A DNA stretch of 64,000 nucleotides, taken from Phyllobates terribilis (lineage: Eukaryota). The notes under the pieces were generated by a model. It worked only from the letters and a program-made list of their open reading frames with translations. It made no database searches and had not been told where the DNA came from. Shown here in pieces: positions 1 to 11,279 of this stretch. The stretch is taken from contig NW_027362761.1 in NCBI RefSeq assembly GCF_046119375.1, positions 499,472,001-499,536,000 on the forward strand. The letters run 5' to 3'. Position numbers and translations under genes: made by a program. How positions within the stretch are numbered: position 1 is the stretch's first letter; the number at the start of each line of letters is the position of its first letter.

Positions 1-891
1 TTTTTTTTTCTAATGTCACAGCCCTGCTCCACAGCTGAGTGAGGGGTGTTTGTTCCCTGTGCTGCTCTTCTGACATTGATTCATGTCTGGAGCTGTGTTT
101 CTTCTGTCTGCAGCGCATCCTTACATGTAACTAAGACTGGTTGCAATGAGAAATGTGACAAGGGCTGTACTGGTCAGTTTTATTTCTTTGGCATATCTAA
201 ATGATGTATCACCCCATGCAAAATAAGGAGAACTAAGTAGTCTGAAGGCTGCTATTAGTCATCACCTGATTGTTAATGGTAACTGTCCAGGACTGACACC
301 TAACCAAGACCATAGAACAGAACTGCTAAATATAAACCCCCTCTGACAGATACCAGATTAGAGAACAACCTGCTAAATAATAAAGATATCGAAGCCCAAA
401 TCAATACACAACAGGGACAAGGCCCCACTAATGCTGACCACCCAAAACTCTCAAAATACAGACCTATAAAAATGCATTTTGCAGAACCCCATAAAGCAAA
501 CTTTTCACTGCAGAACACCTTCAGAGGAAAACCCCCTTTGTGCACTCCCCCAAACACTTAATATAACTTACAAGGACTCCCACTTTATACACTTTGCAAA
601 TCCCCCCATTAATACTATCCCCCCACAGACTCCCGCTTTGTACACTCCCCAAGTCCTTTGCAGAACCCCCACACCTTATACACTATATAAACAGTGGTGC
701 TTTCACTGTACTACACATTGTCATTGTGTCACTAGGGGCCGTTCTCGTGACTTTGTCATATTTATGTGAAACCAGAAGTGTACATACTACAGGTGCATCT
801 CACTAAATTAGAATATCATCAAAAACTTAATTACTCTGTCGCCTCATTGGGGGACACAGGACCTTGGGTGTTATGCTGCTGTCCACTAGGA

Positions 892-1971
892 AGAATGAAC
901 AAATAAAGTAGCACACTGTAACACTGAGTATATAGATGTGAAATATGAATAGCATAACTGCTGTAAAAAATAGAAATAAATGAAAAATTTTTTGAAAATT
1001 TTTTTTAGCGCATGAAATATGAAGTATGGAAAATGAATAGCATTACTGCTGTAAATAAATGAGAAATCTTAGCGCATAAATTGGCCAATTCATGTGTACC
1101 TGACAGCCGCGGTAAGGCGTTTCTCGATGTCAGGACCTACCAATGTGAATACCTCTCTAAGAGACCTCCGTCTGCTTATGTGTGGGAAAGACAGATCCTG
1201 ATGCATTTAAAACCACCTGCGGCATGGGGGTGGGGGTGGAGTGCTCAGTCAACGCTAAATCTAGTAACAAAGAAAATGACGGCACTTCCACTACAAAAAC
1301 TAGGTGTGAACAGGTGCTTACTAAGAGCAGCTACCTCCATATATAATGAACAAATAAAGTAGCACACTGTAACACTGAGTATATAGATATGAAATATGAA
1401 TAGCATAACTGCTGTAAAAAATAGAAATAAATGAAAAATTTTTTGAAAATTTTTTTTAGCGCATGAAATATGAAGTATGGAAAATGAATAGCATTACTGC
1501 TGTAAATAAATGAGAAATCTTAGCGCATAAATTGGCCAATTCATGTTTTTAAATGCAGGCGGTTTTAAATGCATCAGGATCTGTCTTTCTCACACATAAG
1601 CAGACGGAGGTCTCTTAGAGAGGTATTCACATTGGTAGGTCCTGACATCGAGAAACGCCTTACCGCGGCTGTCAGGTACACATGAATTGGCCAATTTATG
1701 CGCTAAGATTTCTCATTTATTTACAGCAGTAATGCTATTCATTTTCCATACTTCATATTTCATGCGCTATAAATAAAAAAAAATTTTCAAAAAATTTTTC
1801 ATTTATTTCTATTTTTTACAGCAGTTATGCTATTCATATTTCACATCTATATACTCAGTGTTACAGTGTGCTACTTTATTTGTTCATTATATATGGAGGT
1901 AGCTGCTCTTAGTAAGCACCTGTTCACACCTAGTTTTTATAGTGGAAGTGCCGTCATTTTCTTTGTTACTA
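892..1971. repeat. Fold-back insertion of an unclassified ~451-bp repeat (S451), flanked by a 14-bp duplication GCTGTCCACTAGGA
   Basis: About 1.45 head-to-tail units (aatgaac at 894 and 1345, period 451), a short junction at ~1547-1560, then ~420 bp of the reverse complement. The duplicated target lies at 878-891 and 1972-1985. Confidence 0.9.
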
Positions 1972-3057
1972 GCTGTCCACTAGGAGGCGACACTAGGCTT
2001 AATCTGAAAAAGATTAATGGTGGCTCCTCCTCTGCAGTATACACCCCTGGACGGCGTCAGCCATCTTCAGTTTTTGCTTAGTGTCGCAATGAGGCACACC
2101 TAAAGATTTTTACCTCATTTTTTTCCGATTTTTTCTTTTTCCACGGAGTTACAGATGAAGATAAGTGGGTCTCCGGCGAGACTCCCGGCATGGCTCCTTC
2201 CTCTGCCTCCTTTTAGGGGTGCACAGTTGAAGTCGAGACGTCTCCTTACCATGTCGCTCCTTCCCCAACCCCTCAGGTGTTGGTTCGAAGTTGAGAACCC
2301 CCCTCCTTCCCCAATTCCTTTTGGTCTATGGGTTGAGGTCGAGGTGAGGGTGACAGCAGCACCCTCCCTAATCCCCCTCTGGGGGTATTAGGTTGAGACA
2401 CCACAGATAGGGCTTGTGCAGACAGCAATAACAGCTCCCAGTAGCTGTCGCTCTGCACCAACGTCCAGGAATCCCAGCTCTGCTGCAGACTCCTGCTGGG
2501 GCCGGGGGACAGTGCAGGCAGACAAGGCACACAGAGACACAGGCTATTTACAGCCCTGTTTCTCTGCTGGCACCAGCGCTATGGTGCCTCAGGGGGACCC
2601 TTTAAGGCCCCCTCTTAAGATAATATCCCCACCGCCTTCCCTGCCGTTAAAACCGGGGGGGGTCCGGTTCAGATCCGACAACCCCCCGGACTACCGCGCC
2701 GGCCTGGAGCCCTTTTGGGCATAGGTTCTAAATTTAGACCGTGGCTATACAGTGTCATAGAAGGGGCGGAGACGAACTGAAAGGGCGCACTTTCCAGCAT
2801 ACTGCCGCCCTTTTCAGCGCTCCGCCCACCTTCTTCTCCGCACTCCGGCGGCCATTAGCTACTGAAGGAGCGTTAACCCTTTAGCTACCGGTCGGCAGCT
2901 TGTCTCCGGGGGGCACAGGATCGTGGATTTAAACGGCGCTGGACTACAAGAGGCAGACTGGTGGGGTAAGATCACAGCTAGAGTCTCGCACTCTGCTGTG
3001 AATTCTATAAGCTTCTCTGCATTGCTGGCCCCCTCTGCATAGCCACCCCTGTATACT

Positions 3058-4344
3058 ATGCCGGGCTCAAAGTCCAAGAGAACCAGGCAGGATTGCTATT
3101 ATGCACTCTGTACTGCCTGCAGTAATACTCTCCCTAGTGGCAGCACGTATCCACATTGCCAGGACTGCATGCAGACTACTGCACCAGAGCCCCATGAAGC
3201 ACTTCCCAATACTTCGGTGCCTAATACCACACCGGAATGGGTCACTCAGATGTCGCAATCTATGACGCAGTCTATAGATAACCTCACATCCACATTGCTT
3301 CAGGCTCTGCAGACTCATGCTTCGGCTATGAACACTACTCAACAAAGAGAGAGTTCCACTCGGGGACATGATGGCACGGGCACATCCACGTCTAGATCAG
3401 GACGCAAGCGGACCCACAGGTCACGTTCATCTGCGTCATACCATACCACACGGTCGTCCCCTTCCAGTGAGAGACACCGTACTCCCAGCTCATCTAGACC
3501 GTCCCCTGACAGGGACAGACAACGCAGATCCCCACAGCCATCCCTGACCAGAGAAGGCCTCCGCTCCGGTTCTCCCAGCAGGAGACGCCTTGGTGATACA
3601 CAGGATTCGGAAGGGTCCCTGATCCCTATTCCCCCTGGCAATACAGTGCTAGTTGATGATTTAATTTCATCCATCCATCGGGTGCTGGACATCTCCGATC
3701 CACCCCTGGAGACACCAGGACATAAGATTTCCCTTGAAGGAGTCCTGAAACCGCCTAAGGTCTTCTTTGACCACCCAGAGTTTAATGCGATCCTTAAAAA
3801 GCAGTTCTCACAACCTGAGAAAAAGTTTACTAATCGCAAATATCTGGAGGCGCGGTACCCCTTTCCACAGGAGGTCACCAAACAGTGGACAGATCCACCT
3901 GAAGTGGATCCCCCAGTCTCCAGACTAGCAGCACAGACACTCCTTTCACTGCCAGATAGCTCAACCCTCAGGGACACAGCAGACCGGTAGGTGGAACGCA
4001 TGGCTCGTTCAATTTTCGAGGCCGCACGGGCCTCCCTGGCTCCCGCGTTCGCCTCAGTTTGGGCTGCCAAGGCAATCCTGGCCTGGGCCCAAAATTTACA
4101 AACTGGCCTACAAGCATCTACCCCTGAACTGTCGGACCAAGCGGCCCAAATAGCAGTTGTGGCAGATTGCATGTTCCATGCAGCTCTGGATTCTGCAAGG
4201 GGTGCAGCCGGGATAGCTTCAGACGCCATCACGATTCGGCGTATCCTCGCTGCGGGAATGGAAAGCAGATGCAGCTTCAAAGAAGTCCCTCACTCACCTC
4301 CCATACCTCTGGTCGGCTTTTCGGTGAACAGTTGGACACAATGA
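3058..4344 (+). pseudogene. DIRS ORF1 gag-like protein (N-terminal CxxC..CxxC, C-terminal LAP2alpha-like region), interrupted
   Basis: CTAC...CQDC at the N-terminus and PEVDPPVSRL...LRDTADR typical of vertebrate DIRS1 ORF1. An in-frame TAG at 3988-3990 is followed by homologous sequence (ERMARSIFEAA); the frame is lost near 4240. Confidence 0.8.
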
Positions 4345-4699
4345 TATCCAACGCCACCGGGGGTAAGAGTACCTCTCTCCCCCAACTGAAGCCCAAACAC
4401 ACTTACAAAAAGCGCAATCAAGTACGATACCGATCCTTTCGGAACTCTTCCGGCTAGTCCGTCTCGCGACCAGCACAGAATAACCACCGTGCTCCAAGCA
4501 GGGGCAACTCGAGGCCGACGCAAAAGTCAGACAAGACCGGGCAATCAAAGGCAGGCCAGTCAAAATTTAAAGGAGGAAAATCTCGCAATTCCTCCTCATC
4601 ATGGCTCGCGAACTCTGGAAGACACCCCACCTGTAGGCGGCCGTCTTTTGCTCTTTCACCAAGTCTGGCTGCCTATTACAGAGGACAGGTGGGTTAGGG

Positions 4700-6493
4700 A
4701 ACTAGTGTCTTCAGGATACAAGATAGAGTTCACTTCCAACCCGCCAAACAGATTTTTTTCTGTCTGTTCCCCCAAAACCGCCAGCCAAGGCTCGTGCCTT
4801 CCACCACGCGGTTTCCTCGCTTCTTCAACCAGGAGTCATAGTATCGGTCCCCACGGCCGAGCGCTTCCAAGGGTTCTACTCGAATCTATTCATAGTCCCC
4901 AAAAAAGAAGGCAGCGTACAGCCCATATTGGACCTAAAACGGCTCAACAAATATGTACGGGTACGTCATTTTCGCATGGAGTCCCTTCGGTCCATAATTG
5001 CGTCCATGGAGAAGGGAGAATTTCTCGCCTCCATAGACATTCAAGACACATACCTACATATACCAATTGCGCCAGCTTATCAGAGATTTCTCAGGTTCGC
5101 AATCGACCAGGAACACTACCAGTTCGTGGCTCTCCCGTTCGGACTCGCCACAGCTCCCAGAGTGTTTACCAAGGTCATGGCAGTCACCATGGACATCCTG
5201 CACTCCAGAGGCATAATAGTGGTTCCATATCTGGACGATCTCATCAAGGCTCCCACCTTCAAGGACTGCGGAATCAGCGTCTCAATCACAATCGACATTC
5301 TGAGTCGTTTGGGCTGGTTAGTCAACTTAAAAAAGTCATCACCAACCCCGAGTCAGTCTCTGACCTTCTTGGGAATGTTATTCAACACCCTCAAGAGTCT
5401 AGTACTCCTCCCCAAGGACAAAGCACTGCCTCTCCGTATAGGAGTCCGCACCCTACTTCGCAAACCCCCTCGGTCTCTCCGGTTTGCCATGAGAGTCCTT
5501 GGCAGGATGGTGGCGGCAATAGAAGCTGTCCCATTTGCCCAGCTTCACCTCAGACCTCTCCAACTAGCCATCCTCAAGTCATGGGACAGGAATCCTTTTT
5601 CTTTCGACAGGGAGTTTCAGTTGACGTCGTCAACCAGAAGATCCCTGCACTGATGGCTCAAGCCAACCTCACTAGAAAAGGGGAAATCCTTCCTCACGGG
5701 TCAATGGAAAGTTCTGACCACCGATGCGAGCCTGACGGGTTGGGGTGCGGTACACCTACACTACAGAGCACAGGGCAAGTGGTCCCCAACAGAAGCGACC
5801 ATGCCCATCAACATCTTGGAAATTCGTGCCATTCTCCTGGCGTTGAGAGCCTTCCATCACTTACTGACAGCCTCTCACATCAGAGTACAGTCAGACAATA
5901 CCACGGCTGTGGCATATGTAAATCACCAAGGGGGGACCCGCAGTGCCAGGCGATGCTAGAAGTGACACACATTCTCCACTGGGCGGAAGACACAGGTTCG
6001 GTTCTCTCTGCGGTCCACATTCCGGGTGTGGACAACTGGGAAACAGACTTCCTCAGCCGGCAGGGAATGGACTCGGGAGAGTGGTCCCTCCATCCCGAAG
6101 TTTTTCACCAGATCTGCCATCGCTGGGGGACTCCGGACTTGGACCTAATGGCATCCCACTTCAATGCCAAGGTCTCCAACTTCATGGCCAGAACACACGA
6201 CCCGCGGTCGCTGGGAGCAGACGCCCTGGTTCAGGACTGGACTCAGTTTCAGCTCCTGTACATCTTTCCACCTCTTCCCCTGATATCCAGAGTGGTGAGG
6301 AAGATCAAGCAAGAGGGAGTTCCAACCATCCTCATCGCACCAGACTGGCCCAGACGTACGTGGTACGCCGACATCGTTCAGCTTACAGCAGACGTCCCCT
6401 GGCGTCTCCCCAACCGCCGGGATCTTCTGTCACAGGGCCCGTTCTACCACCAGAACTCAGGGGCCCTCAATTTGACGGCGTGGTCATTGAGAC
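4700..6493 (+). pseudogene. DIRS RT, RNase H and N6-adenine methyltransferase-like domain (frameshifted)
   Basis: RT motifs DLKRLN, SIDIQDTYLH, LPFGLATAPRVFTK, YLDD. RNase H-like TTDASLTGWG at ~5716. MT-like DLMASHFNAK, LYIFPP and ILIAPDWPRRTWY in a different frame. Confidence 0.9.
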
Positions 6494-7161
6494 CTACAGA
6501 CGACCACTAGAGACGTGGGATCTCAACCTGGTGCTGACAGCGTTGCAGGAAACACCTTTTGAACCCCTTAGGGAAGTCTCACTCCACCTTCTATCCCAGA
6601 AAGTGGTTTTCCTAGTGGCAATCACCTCGCTACGCAGGGTGTATGAACTCACAGCACTCTCCTGCAGACAACCCTTCCTGGCTTTTTACCAAGACAAGGT
6701 AGTTCTCCGTACGGTTCCATCCTTCCTTCTGAAGGTTGTGTCCGACTTCCACCTCAATAAGGAAATTTCACTGCCATCCCTCTGTCCGGCCCCGGTTCAT
6801 AGAGTGGAAAAGGCTCTGCATACGCTTGACCTTGTCAGGGTATTACGTATCTATGTGTCTAGGACTGCGCCCTTCCGGAAGTCTGATTCTCTTTTCCTTC
6901 TTCTGGAAGGCGGCCGCAAGGGTCTACCAGCTTCCAAAGCTACCCTTGCTAGGTGGATCAAACCCACCATACAAGAGGCCTACCGCCTCAAAAAGGACCT
7001 CCTGGGCCATTCGGCTCCAGGCCTCGGCGCAACAAGTGTGTAAGGCAGCCACCTGGACTAGTCTACACACGTTTACCAAGCACTACAGGGTTCATACCCA
7101 ATCCTCGGCAGATGCGAGCCTGGGTAGACGTATCCTACAGGCGGCAGTGCCCCAATTATAG
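6494..7161 (+). pseudogene. DIRS tyrosine recombinase, truncated
   Basis: WDLNLVL, AITSLRRVYEL (catalytic R region), ARWIK and TFTKHY (catalytic Y) are present. The N-terminal core-binding part is missing at ~6493 and the HxxR motif is lost at a frameshifting deletion near 6995. Confidence 0.85.
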
Positions 7162-9579
7162 GGGCCTGTCTACACAATATTCATCCATTGCTTCCCACCC
7201 AGGGACTGCTTTGGGACGTCCTAAGGTCCTGTGTCCCCCCAATGAGGCGACAGAGTAAAGGAGATTTTTGTGTACTCACCGTAAAATCTTTCTCTTAGCC
7301 TCTAATTGGGGGACACAGCTCCCACCCTGTTGCCCGTCTCGGGCCGTTGTTACGTTGAGTTCTCATATTGGTGTTTTTTCTTGAGCTCGTACATAGTTGC
7401 CTTCTTATAGGCATGATTGTTATCCATGTTACGTTCCTCCTACTGTTTTTGCACAAAACTGAAGATGGCTGACGCCGTCCAGGGGTGTATACTGCAGAGG
7501 AGGAGCCACCATTAATCTTTCAGATTAAGCCTAGTGTCGCCTCCTAGTGGACAGCAGCATAACACCCAAGGTCCTGTGTCCCCCAATTAGAGGCTAAGAG
7601 AAAGAGATTTTACGGTGAGTACACAAAAATCTCCTTTTATTTTAGTTCTTCAATATAAAAAGTGAAACTCATATTATATAGTCATTACAAACAGAGTGAT
7701 CTCTTTCAAGTGTTTATTTCTGTTAATGTTGATGATTATGGCTTACAGCCAATAAAAACACAAAAGTCATTATCTCAGTATATTAAAATAATTAACAAAA
7801 AACACCTGCAAAGGCTTCCTAAGCGTTTAAATATGTCCCTTAGTCTATTTTAGTAGGCTCTGCAATCATGGGGAAGACTGCTGACTTGACAGATGTCCAG
7901 AAGGAAATCATTGGCACACTCCACAAGGTCTCAGAGTTTCAATTTTCATTTGGAAATCAAGGTCCCAGAGTCTGGAGGAAGAGTGGAGAGGCCACAATCC
8001 AAGCTGTTGAGGTCCAGTGTGAAGTTTCCACAATCAGTAATGGTTTGGGGAGCCATGTCATCTGCTGGTGTAGGTCCACTGTGTTTCATCAAGACCAAAG
8101 TCAGCGCAGCCGTCTACCAGGAAATTTTAGAGCACTTCATTCTTCCCTCTGCCGACAAGCTTTTTGGAGATGGAAATTTCATTCTCCAGCAGGACTTGGC
8201 ACCTGTCCACACTGCCAAAAGTACCAATACCTGGTTTATAAACAACAGTATCACTGTGCTGCATTGACCAGCAAACTCGCCTGACCTTAACCCCATAGAG
8301 ATTCTATGGGGTATTGTCAAGAGGAAGATGAGAGACACCAGACCCAACAATGCAGACGAGCTGAAGGCTGCTATCAAAGCAACCTGGGTTTCCATAACAC
8401 CTCAGCAATGCCACAGGTTGATCGCCTCCATGCCACGCCGCATTGGTGCAGTAATTGATGCAAAAGGAGCCCCGACCAAGTATTGAGTGCATTTACTGAA
8501 CATACATTTCTGTAGGCCAACATTTCGGATTTTAAAATCATTTTTCAAGCTGTTATAAAGTATTCTAATTTACTGAGATAATGACTTTTGTGTTTTCATT
8601 GGCTGTAAGCCATAATCATCAACATTAACAGAAATAAACACTTGAAATAGATCACTCTGTAATGACTCTATATAATATAGGAGTTTCACTTTTTGTATTG
8701 AAGAACTGAAATAAATTAACTTTTTGTTGATATTCTAATTTCGTGAGATGCACCTGTATATAAAAAGACACATATGCATGTTTTTCTCAATATCTGACAT
8801 GAAATCAGAATAGACCTTTCCCGTTTTTGGTCAAGTAGTATTACCATAATTTTCAATATTTGCCAAATGCCAGAATAATGACAGAGAGAGACAATGTTTT
8901 AAGGCATTTTTATTACTTACTGCAAAGTCAAAAGTTTACATACATTTCATTAGTATTTAGTACCATTGCCCTTAAACTGAATGACTTGGGTCAAACATTC
9001 GGGATATCCTTCCACAAGCTTCTCACAATAGTTGGTCAGAATTTGGGCCCATTCCTCCTGACAAAACTGGTGTAACTGATCCTGGTTTGTAGGTCGCCTT
9101 GCTCGCACCTGCCTTTTCAGCTTTGCCCATAAATTTTCAATAGGATTGAGATCAGGGCTTTGTGATGGCCACTCCAAAACATTGACTTTGTCATCCTTAA
9201 GCTACTTTGTTGCCATTTTGGCAGTATGCTTCGGGTCATTGTTCATTTGGAAGACCCATTTCCGCCCAAGCTTTAACTTCCTGGCTGATGTCTTGAGATG
9301 TTGCTTCAGTATTGCCAGATAGTCATCTTTTCTCATGATGCCATCTATTTTATGAAGTGCACCAGTCCCTCCTGCAGCAAAACAACCCCACAACATGATG
9401 CTGCCATCCCCGTGTTTTACAGTTGGGATGGCGTTCTTAGGCTTCCAAGCTTCTCCCTTTTTTCTCCAAACGTAGCGATGGTCATTATCCCAAAAAAGTT
9501 ACATTTTAGTTTCATCAGACCACAGGACATGTCTCCTAAAATTAAGTTTTTTGTTCCTGTGTGCATTTGCAGACATTAA

Positions 9580-10134
9580 AGAAGTTGTACACTACTTTAT
9601 ATTACCCCCCCAATGTACCCCCCCAGAGGCCTATAAGACTTTTTGTAAATACCTTACTTTGCTGATAGTGCCGCTCACAGGCATTATCGGTGGCTGCTCA
9701 CAGGCATCATGTGACCCCGCACTGACGTCACGACAAGTGAGGCGTGACTCAGTGCTGGGGTCCCCGCGGTGGCTGCTGGGTTGTGGGCGGGGTTACCCCT
9801 CGCGTCACACCCAGCATCCACCGCACGCTTTCCCAATGAATGGGGAGAGGCAGAGCGCGCGGTGGATGTCGGGTGTGACGTGGGGGGTAACCCCGCTCAC
9901 AGCCTGGCATCCACCTGGAGCGTGGAAGACAATGACCCCCTTCTGCTGCCAGCACTTGTCGTGACATCAGCGGATGTCAGAGCCGGCTGCAACCGGGGGT
10001 CACGTGAGGCCTGTGAGCGTCCAGTGATAGTGCCACTCACAGACAGTATCTGCAACGTAAGGTAATTACAAAAAGCTTTAGGGACCACGGGGGGGATACA
10101 TTGGGGGGGTAATATAAAGTAGTATACAACCCCT
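9580..10134. mobile_element. T2/Kolobok-like MITE with TTAA TSD, inside Tc1 A
   Basis: TTAA at 9576-9579 and 10135-10138; long inverted arms (agaagttgtacactac versus gtagtatacaacccct). A related copy lies at 52616-52958. Confidence 0.8.
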
Positions 10135-11279
10135 TTAATCTAACTTTTTTATGTATCTTTTGGAGTGATGGCTTCTTCCTGGCAGAGTAGCCTTTCAGCC
10201 CATGTTGATGCAGTACTCATTTCACTGTGGTTATTGACACAATCTTACCAGCTTCCGCCATCATCTTCACGAGGTCTTTTATCTTTGTCCTTGGGTTGAT
10301 ACGCACATGTCGGACCAAAGCACGTTCATCTCTGGGACACAGAACCCGTCTCCTTCCTGAGTGGTATGATGGCTGGACATTTCCATCTTGTACAGATGAA
10401 CGAGGCACCTTCAGGTATCGTGAAATTGTACCCAAGGATAAGCTAAACTTGTGCAAGTCCACAAGTCCTCCTGATATCTTGGCTGATTTTCGTTAGACTT
10501 TCCCATGATGCTACACAAAGAAGCAGTGTGTTTCGGGTGTGCATTAAAATACATCCACAGGTGTGTCTCTTAATTAACTCAGATGTTGCCAAAAAAGAAG
10601 CTTCCAAACACATGACATCATTATATGGGCAGTCCAGAATTTAAAGGCATAGTAATCTTAGTGTATGTAAAACTTTTGACTTTACAGTAAGTAATAAAAA
10701 TGCCTTAAAACATTCTCTCTCTCATTATTCTGGCATTTGGCAAATATTAAAAATCATGGTAATCCTAATTGACCTAAAACGGGAAAGTTTTTTTCTGATT
10801 TCATGTCAGATATTGAGAAAAACATGCACATGTGGCTTTTTGTATAGTGTATGGAAACTTCTGGTTTCAACTGTAACTGCAATACCAAGAACTGACACTT
10901 CAAAAACATTGTGCTGGGCAGTGCAGAACACTCACTATCACTTACAATGGTGGATTAAAGGGGTTGTCCGGTGAAAACAAGTTATCACCTATCCTGTTGA
11001 TAATCGGTGGGGTTACAACCGCTGTGACCTGCATTCATTGGCAGAATGGGAAAATCTCTCCCAGTTAGAAAGGAGCGGCAGTGAGCATGCTGTACACTCC
11101 ATTCATGTGTTTAGCTTTATCCTGCAGCCTCATAGAGAATGAAAGGAACAGAAGTTTGTTATAAAAGCTCCCCCATTCTGCTGATTGGTGCGGTCTCAGT
11201 AATTGGTACACCGATCAGTAATTATCACCTATTATACAGATGTGGCTTCAGTTTCCGGCACTCCCTTTTTGGTTTCTCT

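Larger units (their letters stand above)
831..7637 (+). mobile_element. DIRS1-type tyrosine-recombinase retrotransposon (defective)
   Basis: Inverted terminal repeats (831-891 plus 1972-2075 versus ~7455-7590). The internal complementary region at ~7222-7318 matches both termini, with junction gacagagtaaaggagattttt. It is inserted at a T-run with no TSD. Gene order is gag-like, RT/RNaseH, methyltransferase, YR. Confidence 0.95.
790..8756 (+). mobile_element. Tc1 element B, internally deleted, inserted at a TA inside the left TIR of element A
   Basis: Termini are TA|caggtgcatctcactaaattagaatatc and gatattctaatttcgtgagatgcacctg|TA. The TIR is interrupted at ~830 and resumes at ~7638. Transposase remnants at 7868-8487 (QQDLAPVH, LNPIE-like). 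A same-family TIR fragment at 42271 shows the uninterrupted sequence. Confidence 0.9.
764..10873 (-). mobile_element. Tc1/mariner element A (degenerate); outermost layer of a nested stack
   Basis: The right TIR ends ...ggaaacttctggtttcaactg|ta at 10873. The left TIR is split: tgtgaaaccagaagtgtacatac|ta (~764-789) resumes as ta|taaaaagacacatatgcatg after 8758. Minus-strand transposase fragments lie at 10217-10462 (HTH), 9202-9396 (QMNNDPKH) and 8950-9177 ([15 protein letters not shown]). Confidence 0.85.

Noticed and set aside
1081-1362. 93-aa ORF repeated at 54883 and 55972
   Set aside because: It starts at TTG, lies within the S451 repeat and has no recognisable motif; it recurs only because the repeat recurs.
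1640-1685. Canonical hammerhead ribozyme as a feature call
   Set aside because: The core reads CUGACAU instead of CUGANGA and stem I cannot pair; it is kept only as a low-confidence finding.
3339-4280. 313-aa minus-strand ORF
   Set aside because: It is the antisense shadow of the GC-rich DIRS ORF1 and has no recognisable domain.
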